Shown here in pieces: positions 47,837 to 56,875 of a stretch of 64,000 nt of DNA. Source of the stretch: Candidatus Latescibacterota bacterium (GTDB lineage: Bacteria > Latescibacterota > UBA2968 > UBA8231); the NCBI GenBank assembly GCA_965217585.1, contig OZ244561.1, forward strand, positions 7,008,001-7,072,000. Direction: 5' to 3'. Made by a program: the position numbers and the translations under genes. Positions within the stretch are counted from its first letter, which is position 1, and each line of letters opens with the position of its first letter. The notes under the pieces are model-generated. The model was not told the DNA's origin. It searched no databases and saw only the letters and a list, made by a program, of their open reading frames with translations.

Positions 47837-49828
47837 ATGACAAAAGGAGTCCGGCTTATTCGCGAGCGGTTCGTCGGGCTTATTCACGAGCGGGAAAGGG
47901 CAACAGCGAGCGCGCTCACCTCGGGCTTCACCCTGAGGGCCTTGCTGATCGGGACTGCACTGTCCGCCGCGATCGGCATTGGAAATCCTTACGGGAAACT
48001 GCTGATCCAGGGTACGTACATGGACCTTCCAGCTCCCTTCCTCCTCTTCTTCGTCTGGCTCGTCTTCGCCCAGACGCTTTTGGGGAGGATCCGGAGGTCG
48101 CTGGCGCTGACCCGGGGGGAGTTGATCGTCATCTACGTGATGATGCTGGTCGCCACGGCCATCCCGGTTTTGAGCCTCATGCTCTTTACCTTTCTCTCCG
48201 GAGCGCTCTACTACGCTACCTCGGCGAACAACTGGGTTGAGATGGTTCTTCCCTACATCCCCCGGTGGATGATCCCTCAGAGCGAGGAGGCCGTGCGGAG
48301 ATTCTACGAGGGTTTGCCCGCGGACGCCTCTATTCCCTGGGGTGCCTGGACCGAGTCCCTTTTCTGGTGGCTGGTGCTCATCGGGGGGTTTTACCTAGCG
48401 GCGATCAGTCTCATGGTGATCCTGAGGAAGCAATGGGTGGACCACGAGCATCTGATCTATCCCTTGGCCCGCTTCCCTTTGGCCATGCTCCCCGAGGAGG
48501 GGGCGGCGAAACTCCTCCCCTCGTTCTTCAAGAAGGCTCCTCTCTGGATAGGTCTGGGCCTCTCCTTTGCCGTGCTCAGCTTCAATGCCCTGCACAACTA
48601 CCATCCCTTTGGCCAGCCTCTAAGCCTGACGGCACGTATTACCCCTTTCGAGGGTGGTGTCCCTCTCAACCTCAGACTGAGTTTTTTGATCCTCGGGTTC
48701 TCCTACCTCATTCAGACCAAAGTGGCTTTCAGTTTATGGGTGTTTTACCTGCTCAGGAATTTGGAGGAAACCGTCCTGAGTATTCTGGGGATTATGATAT
48801 ACGAGCGCCTGGCTCCTTTCAGCGGCTGGGGAGGAGTCAGGGTGATCCTGGGGCATCAGACCATGGGCGCGATGTTCGTCTTTGTCGCCGTGATGCTGTG
48901 GTTTGGCCGCGAACACCTGAAGCAGGTGCTGAAAAAAGCCTTTAGAGGGGATGCTGCAGTCGACGATTCGGGGGAGATACTTTCCTACCGGGGAGCGGTG
49001 CTGGGGGCCTTCGTCGGGATTTTAGCCGTCGGGCTCTGGCTCTGGAGGGCAGGGCTTCCCCTCTGGATTGTGCCCCTATTCCTCCTCGCCGCGTTCACGA
49101 TTTTCCTCGCGCTCACCCGCGTTATCGCCGAGACCGGCCTGCCCACTGTGCCACAACGGCTCATCCCAAGCGATGTGATTGTACTGGGGGTAGGTTCCGC
49201 CTTTGTCGGGGGAAAAGGCATGATCGCCCTGGCCTCCACCTTTGTGTGGGCGATTGATTCGGGCAGCCTGATGAACAACGTAGCCCATGGACTGAAGATA
49301 GGCGGAGACTTGTCGGGAGACCGGCGGCCACTCTTTGGGGCCATAGTCCTGGCCCTGGTCGTGAGTTTAGCGGTCTCTATCGCGACCATCGGGCTCCTGG
49401 CCTATAGCCACGGTGCCACCAATTTGTCTTCCCACCACTTTGTCAACTACCCCCGCTATCCCTTTGATTACGCCGCGGACAGAATAACCCATCCCGAGGG
49501 GCCGAGCAGGCTGGGCTGGATGCTGACCGGGATTGGAGGGGGCGTCATGGGGGGATTGATGCTTCTGCAGCGCTACTTTCTCTGGTGGCCGCTCCACCCC
49601 ATTGGCTTCATAGTCTCGACGAATTGGGTGATGAACAACATCTGGTTCACGATCTTGCTGGCGTGGCTCATCAAGTCCTCCGTGCTCAAATACGGCGGGC
49701 CGAAGATTTACCAGAAGACCGTACCCTTTTTTATGGGGCTCACCCTGGGTCACTTCATCGCCGCCGGCTTCTGGCTCCTGGTGGACGGGTTTTTGGGAAG
49801 GCCGGGGACCCGGATCACGTTTTATTAG
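47837..49828 (+). CDS. DUF6785/DUF6784-like (OPT-like) polytopic inner-membrane protein, putative transporter
   Basis: Many hydrophobic helices; LRKQWVDHEHLIYPL, RVIAETG, WWPLHPIG, KYGG..PFFMGL motifs. Confidence 0.78.
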   Translation: MTKGVRLIRERFVGLIHERERATASALTSGFTLRALLIGTALSAAIGIGNPYGKLLIQGTYMDLPAPFLLFFVWLVFAQTLLGRIRRSLALTRGELIVIYVMMLVATAIPVLSLMLFTFLSGALYYATSANNWVEMVLPYIPRWMIPQSEEAVRRFYEGLPADASIPWGAWTESLFWWLVLIGGFYLAAISLMVILRKQWVDHEHLIYPLARFPLAMLPEEGAAKLLPSFFKKAPLWIGLGLSFAVLSFNALHNYHPFGQPLSLTARITPFEGGVPLNLRLSFLILGFSYLIQTKVAFSLWVFYLLRNLEETVLSILGIMIYERLAPFSGWGGVRVILGHQTMGAMFVFVAVMLWFGREHLKQVLKKAFRGDAAVDDSGEILSYRGAVLGAFVGILAVGLWLWRAGLPLWIVPLFLLAAFTIFLALTRVIAETGLPTVPQRLIPSDVIVLGVGSAFVGGKGMIALASTFVWAIDSGSLMNNVAHGLKIGGDLSGDRRPLFGAIVLALVVSLAVSIATIGLLAYSHGATNLSSHHFVNYPRYPFDYAADRITHPEGPSRLGWMLTGIGGGVMGGLMLLQRYFLWWPLHPIGFIVSTNWVMNNIWFTILLAWLIKSSVLKYGGPKIYQKTVPFFMGLTLGHFIAAGFWLLVDGFLGRPGTRITFY

Positions 49829-49922
49829 GCCCTGCCGTTGAGCGGGCATACAGGGTTAGAGTTTTGATCGCAAGAAATTCAGCCTCGACCATTTCGACGC
49901 CAATTACCACAGGAGGGAGTGT

Positions 49923-50672
49923 ATGGAAACCCTGATAGCCGGTGGCATCCTAATGATTCCTCTGGGGGTATGCGCCATTCTGGCGCTGACCTTTATCCTC
50001 GAAAGAGCCTGGGTGCTGAGCCGCATCCCCAGTGAAGAAGCCGCCCAGTCCACCCTGGAAGAGACCGAACGGGTGCTCGCAAATGAAGGGGAGGTCGCCG
50101 TGGCCCAGTACTGCAGCGATCACAAGGGCCCTCTCAACTTCATCTTTGCGGCCCTGCTCAAACGCTTCGATACCCTCATGCTGGAGCGCCGCGAATTCCA
50201 GGCCACCAACCAGCGCCTAGCGCGCCTGGCCGAGCAGGCCGGCGGCGGCAACCTGTCTCATTTTCTTTTGCAGCAGAAGGAGCTGGCCGATCTCAAAGAA
50301 GAGTTGATCCTGGAGACCGACGAAGCCGGCAAGGTCTACCTGAGCCGCTACCTGGTGGTGCTGAACACCATCGGCAATATCGCGCCACTGCTGGGGCTGT
50401 TCGGCACCATCCTGGGGATGATCTCGGCCTTTGAGGCCATTGCCGTGGCCGGGACCGGGGATCCCAAGGTCGTCGCCGGGGGGATCTCCCAGGCTTTGAT
50501 CACCACGGCCACAGGGCTGGCCATCGCCATCCCCACCATCGTGGCCTACCGCTATCTGGCCCGTTGGGCCGATGCGCAGCGCAGCAAGCTCGAAGTCTAC
50601 GGCCTGGCCTTTGTCAACAGCCTGCTCATCGCCGGCCAGGCCCAGCTGGAGGGCGAGGGGGCCAGCGGCTGA
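49923..50672 (+). CDS. exbB: MotA/TolQ/ExbB proton-channel protein
   Basis: GGILMIPL..ER; IAPLLGLFGTILGMI.AF..GDPKVVAGGISQALITTATGLAIAIP. Confidence 0.92.
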   Translation: METLIAGGILMIPLGVCAILALTFILERAWVLSRIPSEEAAQSTLEETERVLANEGEVAVAQYCSDHKGPLNFIFAALLKRFDTLMLERREFQATNQRLARLAEQAGGGNLSHFLLQQKELADLKEELILETDEAGKVYLSRYLVVLNTIGNIAPLLGLFGTILGMISAFEAIAVAGTGDPKVVAGGISQALITTATGLAIAIPTIVAYRYLARWADAQRSKLEVYGLAFVNSLLIAGQAQLEGEGASG

Positions 50673-51101
50673 TGGCACTTGTACACCGACGTTCGCGCGA
50701 AAGTTTGATCGCAGAGCGGGGCCCCCGATCTGACCCCGATGATCGACTGCGTGTTCTTGCTGCTGATCTTCTTCATGGGCACCACCGTCTTCAAGCAGCC
50801 GCACACCCTGCAGGTAGAGCTGCCCGAAGCGCGAAAGTCCACCCTGGTCGAGGAGAAGAAACTGGTAGCCACCATCATCACCGACGGGCGCATGGAGATC
50901 AACCGCTATCCGGTGACCCTGGCCGACTTGCCGGCCGTGCTGAGGCGCGAAAAGCAGACGACCCGCAGTCTGACCTTGATCATCCGCACCGACAAAAAGA
51001 CCCGGTACGGGCTGGTGCTCAAGGTCATGGAGATTGCCAAGCGGCTCAATGTCGCCAAGGTGGTGCTGGCCACCGAGGCACTCAAGGAAGACGAGAGCTG
51101 A
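50672..51101 (+). CDS. exbD: ExbD/TolR biopolymer transport protein with an apparent frameshift near 50717-50727
   Basis: Coupled ATG 50672 (MALVHRRSRESLIAE) is out of frame by one base with PDLTPMIDCVFLLLIFF..LIIRTDK..YG.V.KVM. The shift falls at GGGGCCCCC. Confidence 0.85.
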
Positions 51102-51302
51102 GCGCGGCCAGTCTTTTCTGCGACGTTGCACGCATAGGCCCCGCGCCCAAAACTGCCGCAACCGACCACGCCGACCCGCTGGGGACAGTCTGCCCTGTCC
51201 ACCTCGTCGCCAGAAAGGGTTAGATCGCCGTGCTGTTCCCCTCTTCTCTGTCGCTGGTGATGTCTATTTTTTTGAGATGATATGCACGGAAGGAGCGTTT
51301 TG

Positions 51303-52790
51303 ATGGCTGCGTTGTCTGGGGCACGACCGAATATCGTTTTTATCTGTTCCGATCAGCACGCGTTTCGCTACACGGGTTATGCGGGGCATCCCATTGTGAA
51401 GACGCCCAATATGGATCGCATTGCAGAGCATGGGGTGGTCTTTACCAATACGTATTGCGGCAGCCCGGTGTGTGCGCCCAGCCGGGCCTCTTTGATGACG
51501 GGCATGTATCCGTCGGATGTGGGGTCTTATTGCAATTCGACGGTGTGGGACGGCAGTCATCCGACCTGGGGCACGCGATTGAGTGAGGCGGGATACGATT
51601 GCCGGGCCACCGGGAAGTTTGATTTGCACGATGATTTTCCGCGCGGGTTTAAAGAGATCGACGTGATCAACGGGCACTGCAGGCGGCCGGACATCACGTC
51701 CCTTTTTCGCCGGCCACCGTGTTATCGCATGGGTGAGCGCGAGGGGGTAGACGGTGCACCGCGCAATGAGCGGCACGGGGATGCCAAGAAGACGGATGTG
51801 GCCCTGGATTTTATCCGGGGCGAATCGCTTGATCTGGAGACGCCCTGGCTGTTTTACCTGGGATTGAGTGAACCTCATCCGAAATTTGTCGCCTTGCAGA
51901 AATACTGGGATATGTATGCCGAAGTGGACATGGATTTGCCGGATATCCGAGCAGATGATCTGGAAGAATTGCATCTGGTGTATCAGGCGATGCGGCATTT
52001 TAAACGGGTCGCTTCACCGATTTCTGAAGATCGCATCCGTCGGGCGCGAGCGGGATATTACGGGATGATTGCGGAACTGGATGAATATATCGGTCAGGTG
52101 TGGGATGCCCTGGAGGCGACCGGACAATTGCAAAATACCATTTTCATTTATACCTCGGATCACGGTGAGGCGCTGGGCGAACACGGCATGTGGTATAAAA
52201 ACAATTTGTATGAAAATGCGGCACACGTGCCGCTGGTGATGGCCGGGCCGGGTCTGCCGAAGGGGGCAGTTGTCGATACGCCGATGGCGCACGTGGATCT
52301 GGTGGCGACACTGCTGGATCTGGCGGGGGTCCAGATCGCACCGGAACTGCGCGGGCATTCCCTGTTGCCCTTGATCGAGGGATCGGCGAGTGAACATCCA
52401 GGATGGACGTATACAGAATCACATTCGGAGGGGAATTGCACGGGATCGTTTCTTATTCGAAAGGGTGATTGGAAATACATTCATTTCACATGGTATGATG
52501 ATTTGCTGTTTAATGTGAAAGAAGATCCGGGTGAGTTTCACAATCGGGTGAAGGATTCGGATGCGCAAGATGTATTGAGCGAATTGCGCGGGATTTTAAA
52601 TGGGCTGGTGGATACAGAACAGATTACCCGCGATGCATTTGCCGCACAGGATCGGAGATTAAAGGAACTCTTTGACGGCAAAACGGAGGCGGAGATTGCC
52701 GGCTATTTGGCGGGACGTTTGGGGCCGGGGTTAGCGTGCGTGCTGGCCGCTGATATTGTGACGGGCCAGCGCGCAGCAGCTTTAGAATGA
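51303..52790 (+). CDS. Sulfatase (choline-sulfatase-like), no signal peptide
   Basis: AGGAG RBS; RPNIVFICSDQH, CAPSRASLMTG, TSDHGE.LGEHG, LFNVKEDPGE. Confidence 0.9.
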   Translation: MAALSGARPNIVFICSDQHAFRYTGYAGHPIVKTPNMDRIAEHGVVFTNTYCGSPVCAPSRASLMTGMYPSDVGSYCNSTVWDGSHPTWGTRLSEAGYDCRATGKFDLHDDFPRGFKEIDVINGHCRRPDITSLFRRPPCYRMGEREGVDGAPRNERHGDAKKTDVALDFIRGESLDLETPWLFYLGLSEPHPKFVALQKYWDMYAEVDMDLPDIRADDLEELHLVYQAMRHFKRVASPISEDRIRRARAGYYGMIAELDEYIGQVWDALEATGQLQNTIFIYTSDHGEALGEHGMWYKNNLYENAAHVPLVMAGPGLPKGAVVDTPMAHVDLVATLLDLAGVQIAPELRGHSLLPLIEGSASEHPGWTYTESHSEGNCTGSFLIRKGDWKYIHFTWYDDLLFNVKEDPGEFHNRVKDSDAQDVLSELRGILNGLVDTEQITRDAFAAQDRRLKELFDGKTEAEIAGYLAGRLGPGLACVLAADIVTGQRAAALE

Positions 52791-52939
52791 TCGACGACGC
52801 GCTTCTGCCGGGATGCCACCGGCATTAATCTGCAGGCCTGCGGCAACTTTAATGCAGGTAGCAGGCATACGTCCACACCTGGAAGAAAGTCGATCAATGG
52901 GGCCATTGGGCTCCGCGAAGAGAACATGAGACAGAACAC

Positions 52940-53735
52940 ATGACAACGACGAGACGACCGGAGATCGACCCCATATACGAGTTGGAGGTCTGTCCGTGGA
53001 CGGCGGCTCATCCAAGGCACGATCATCAGCTGATCTTCCCGTTGCCGGACGGGCGTCTGCTGATGGTGTGGTCCGAATACTACGCGGACCGACCCTCACA
53101 CGTCCTGCGCACCGAGGCCGATGTGGCGGACAACCGCAATGGGGTCCGCGATGACTTCCCGTGCCGTTTGTCCGGTAAGGTCTCCTGCGATCAGGGGCGC
53201 AGTTGGAGCGACACTTTCACCTTGCAGGAGAATCTGTGGGGATACAATGTCAAGCATCCAAATCTGATCCGCGTTCCGTCGGGCGATGTGATTCTGACAT
53301 TCACCGCTTGGGAGTCGAAGACGCAGCGGAACATCTACATGAAGCGTTCGAGTGACGCGTGCGACACTTGGAGCGAGATCGTCCAGATCTCGGAGCCCGG
53401 TTGGTACTGCACCAACAACGACCACGTGCTCCGAACGCGCGCCGGGCGTATCATTCTGCCCAGTCACGGCGGACCCGGCTTTGAGTTCAAGCCCGGTAAT
53501 CCGCTGCATGCCTTCGTTTTCTACTCGGACGATGATGGCCACAACTGGCGCATGAGCCGCAACACCATGACGGCGCCAGGCCGTGGGGCGCATGAACCCA
53601 CCATCGTCGAACTCGAAGACGGCCGGCTCTTGTGTTTCCTTCGCACCACGTGTAAGTGCATCTATAGAGCGGTATCGAACGACGGTGGCGAAACGTGGTC
53701 CGAACCGCTACCTACATCGCTCGCAGCGCCGGTCG
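52940..53735 (+). pseudogene. BNR/Asp-box sialidase-like glycosidase, 3'-truncated
   Basis: Asp-boxes SCDQGRSW, SSDACDTW, SDDDGHNW, SNDGGETW; HEPTIVEL. Plausible sequence ends at PTSLAAP and the ORF then reads into unrelated DNA. Confidence 0.75.
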
Positions 53736-53847
53736 ACAGTAATCCCATTCGATATTCCGGTCGCGAGGCATTTTGCCGAAGCCATCGGGATAATGCGATT
53801 GGCAAATGCGGTCATGCATTTCCCTCAACGCGCGGAGCACGTCAGGG

Positions 53848-53893
53848 ATGGTCTGCCTCCTTAAAACTGTCCCAGATTCAGGGAGGTGGGCCA
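53848..53893 (-). mobile_element. Possible isolated left end of an IS3-family element
   Basis: TGGCCCACCTCCCTGAATCTGGGACAGTTTTAAGGAGGCAGACC: TG terminus, GGACAG inner motif and RBS, with no transposase following. Confidence 0.3.
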
Positions 53894-53897
53894 ACCG

Positions 53898-54584
53898 TCA
53901 GGCCGGCGTGTGTGCGTCGCCGGCCGTCAGCATGCGCAGCCGGTCCTCGGACGTCAGATACGGCTCGATCTGCTTCACGAAGGTATCCAGCGTCTGCTCC
54001 GGCGTTGACTGGGACGTGTCGAGCCTCATGCGATGGTGCAGCAGAGACTGGCCGTACTCCTCCTCGAATCGCGTCAGCACCATCTCGACGTCCTCCGGTC
54101 TGGGATAGGGCCGCGGCTGGGCCGCCTGGCGCTGGCGGATCACCTCGGCAGCGGCCGTCAGGTACACGAGAACCGTATCCGGCGCGATCTGCGACACCAT
54201 CGAGTCGTACGACCGCGCCATGACCTGCCGGTCGGCGCGCTGGCTCGGCCCGCCGAAGCCGTAGTAGAGGGGCCCGTACACGGCGTCGGCATAGTACCAG
54301 CCGACGACGCAGTGGTCGGGCAGATCGTAGAAACTGGGATGCGTGTGATAGTGGATGACGTAGCGGTTGTACTTCTCGATGATCGCTGGGTCGTCCAGCG
54401 TCAGCAGCTTCAGATCGTCCTCGACCCGCTCTCCCTTGGGCCCCTCGTCGGCCGGGTCCCAGGGGAGGAAGTGATCGTGGAAACTCGTGGTACACGAGCC
54501 GAGGGTGCGTTCCATCCAGCCGCGGATCCCGGCGGCCAGCGTGGTCTTGCCCGCGTATTCGCAGCCAATGATGATCAGTCGCAT
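53898..54584 (-). CDS. P-loop nucleotide-kinase-like hypothetical protein
   Basis: ATG 54584 after GAAAGGAAGG; MRLIIIGCEYAGKTT Walker A; VLVYLTA..VIRQR; LDTSQSTPEQTL. Confidence 0.75.
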   Translation of the reverse strand: MRLIIIGCEYAGKTTLAAGIRGWMERTLGSCTTSFHDHFLPWDPADEGPKGERVEDDLKLLTLDDPAIIEKYNRYVIHYHTHPSFYDLPDHCVVGWYYADAVYGPLYYGFGGPSQRADRQVMARSYDSMVSQIAPDTVLVYLTAAAEVIRQRQAAQPRPYPRPEDVEMVLTRFEEEYGQSLLHHRMRLDTSQSTPEQTLDTFVKQIEPYLTSEDRLRMLTAGDAHTPA

Positions 54585-54597
54585 CGTCGCCTTCCTT

Positions 54598-54886
54598 TCA
54601 GGACAGTGAGAAGGAGTAGAGCCGGGCCCTGGACATGTAGAACCGCAGCCGGACGGTCCGACCCTGAAGCGCCCCCGGCCGTGCGTTGCTGCGCCAGCCG
54701 ATTTCGATCCGCAGCCCGTTGTCGCGAATCTCGGGCGCCTCCTGCACCGCGTAGCCGTCGATGGCATCCCCCATCGGGTCGGCGACCTCGACCTTCATCA
54801 ATCCCCGCCGCGCGTCCGCGTTGATGTGCAGCGTCTCCCCGCGCCAGACGAAGGGCTTGGTCAGCAGCACGCCCAGCTCGTGCCGT
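54598..54886 (-). pseudogene. C-terminal fragment of a glycoside-hydrolase-like protein
   Basis: GVLLTKPF..LHINADA..VEVAD..IDGY..GRTVRLRFYM..ARLYSF tail; 5' part absent. Confidence 0.6.
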
Positions 54887-54995
54887 GATCCTGGAGGCGG
54901 ACGGACAGGGCCCCGGTCTCGACCAAGAGCCCCCCTTCGACGGCACCCGCCGCGAGCGGCGTCTCCACAGCTTCGGCCCTCACCTCCGGGCCGTA

Positions 54996-55246
54996 TATCG
55001 GCTCCTCTATGCCATGCAATACTTCCATGGCACGACAGAAAGTGCGTGCTTATATGTTCGGGCTATGGCGCTGGTGTGGAACTTCCATCCCTATGGGCAG
55101 AAAACCCAGGACAAGTATGGACCGAGAGCTTCTCCCTTTCAGCAACTCAACGGTTTTCGCTATCATGATAATTGGCTCGAAAACATGATGATCGCGGCCT
55201 CTTTGAGGGGCCAAAGAGAATGACCACAAAATCCGTTAGAACTAGG
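54996..55246 (+). mobile_element. 3' fragment of an unclassified transposase with right end
   Basis: RLLYAMQYFHG..RAMALVWNFHPY..LNGFRYHDNWLEN..ASL, a C-terminus I recognise from an unclassified IS family. Lower GC than its flanks. Confidence 0.55.
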
Positions 55247-55298
55247 AAAAAGCTAGCCGCTACAAAAATGGAAGTCACGTCGTTTCTCCGGAGGGAGG

Positions 55299-56777
55299 TT
55301 ACAGTCGGATCGAATCCATCTGCCACACATCCATGGATCGAAGTGTAGCTTCTCCTCCGCGCGAGAAGAGCTGAATCCCCAAGCTGTCATCCCGAACAGG
55401 GTAGATGCGTTTTGTCAGGTACTGCCGACCATTGGCGAATACCTCGACGACACTGCGGTCCACGAAGACTCGCAGATCGAGGGGCTGTTCCTTCGGGAGT
55501 ATCAGGGGGCCGATCTGCGACTCCCGGTTGTAGACATCGTCACCGGCGCTCGATCGGGATACATCCAGTATCAAATTTCTGTATCTAGGACTGCCTCGAA
55601 CCTCAGGGCTGAAGCGTACGAGCGTCTGTTCTTCGCCCTTGGGAGAACAGAGCACCTTGAGCCCATACTCCTGAGCGCCTTTGCCCTCGAAGACAGCGGC
55701 TATTTCCAGGCTGTTACCGCCCGTGCCTCTGATTGGTACGACGGCATTCTTTCCAATACCAATATCCGAGAAGTGTTCACCCTTGCCTCGAAGCTGCTTC
55801 AATTCCGCTACCGGTTCTATATTCAGGTCCCCCTCATCCGAGAGCGACAGAACCAGCGGAAGAGTGAGTATTCCCGCCCAGCCGGAATCCCTCTGGATGT
55901 CTTCATAGCGGCACTCCGATATCCTGCCGAACAGGATACGGCGATCTCTGTCGTCCAGTAGAGTCTGACCCTCGCAAAAACTCCCGATCCGACCGCTGTC
56001 CCCATAAGCCAGCCTCCCGTGGCGCTCCGGAAGGAATCTCTTGTCCGAGTAGGTTCCTATGTAATACTGAGTTCCCCTGAGGTGGCTGGCAAAGAGAAGC
56101 ATGTGCTTCGTGCCAAGGGGAAAGAAATCCGGAACGGCACAGTCTTCACCGCCCTCGGTGTATTCACCTCCTTCGTAGAATGGGTGGAGGTAATCCCAGT
56201 GCTCGAGGTCTTCTGAACTGAAAAGAAACGCGCGATCTCTTCCCTTCGATGGAATTCCCTTTGGCCGCCACGAAATGCCTCCCGTTACCGCATGATATGT
56301 TTCTCCCTCGAGCCACGCGCAAGGTGCTCCCCGCACTTCGTACTCATCGCCGGGCTTCGGCTCCGGTATGACCGGATTCGCCCTGTGCTTTTGCCAGTCT
56401 ATGAGCTCTTCATCCTTTGCCGTGGCAATACATATACCGTCGGGATTGCCGTGGTAGATGATGGTCGGTATGCCTTCTCTGTTTACGAATGCCGTGCCGC
56501 TGTAACAGCCGTCTCTGTCTGGACCTTCGGGATCCGAGGCCAGTGCCGGAGGCAGGTCCGTCCAGTGAACGAGATCCTCGCTTACGGCATGTCCCCAATG
56601 AATCGTTCCGTGAAAAGCTCCTTCGGGATTGTACTGGTAAAACAGATGGTACCGGCCCTTCCAGTAGATCGTTCCGTTTGGATCGTTCATCCAGTTGCCC
56701 GGAGGAAGAAAGTGGTACTTCGGTCGGAAGCGGTCCGCTGCAAGCCTAGGGCTCACGGAATCGCTGCTCTTACTCAT
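55299..56777 (-). CDS. GH32-like glycoside hydrolase with non-canonical catalytic motifs
   Basis: ATG 56777 after AAAGGAGG; RPKYHF..WMNDPNG..YHLFYQYNP..WGHAVS.DLVHW; C-terminal LRVFVDRSVVEVFANG. Confidence 0.85.
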   Translation of the reverse strand: MSKSSDSVSPRLAADRFRPKYHFLPPGNWMNDPNGTIYWKGRYHLFYQYNPEGAFHGTIHWGHAVSEDLVHWTDLPPALASDPEGPDRDGCYSGTAFVNREGIPTIIYHGNPDGICIATAKDEELIDWQKHRANPVIPEPKPGDEYEVRGAPCAWLEGETYHAVTGGISWRPKGIPSKGRDRAFLFSSEDLEHWDYLHPFYEGGEYTEGGEDCAVPDFFPLGTKHMLLFASHLRGTQYYIGTYSDKRFLPERHGRLAYGDSGRIGSFCEGQTLLDDRDRRILFGRISECRYEDIQRDSGWAGILTLPLVLSLSDEGDLNIEPVAELKQLRGKGEHFSDIGIGKNAVVPIRGTGGNSLEIAAVFEGKGAQEYGLKVLCSPKGEEQTLVRFSPEVRGSPRYRNLILDVSRSSAGDDVYNRESQIGPLILPKEQPLDLRVFVDRSVVEVFANGRQYLTKRIYPVRDDSLGIQLFSRGGEATLRSMDVWQMDSIRL

Positions 56778-56875
56778 GTGTCCTCCTTTTCCACCGCATC
56801 TTACTGTGATCGAATTACGTCGAGCATCGCCTGAATGTTCTCGAGGGGGCTGCGTGCCAAATCGGCAGCAGGATG

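Noticed and set aside
1-51101. Canonical T9SS or SusC/SusD polysaccharide utilisation locus
   Set aside because: CTD-like tails are present, but no SprA, PorV, PorP, GldK-N, TonB-dependent receptor plug motif or SusD was recognisable in this window.
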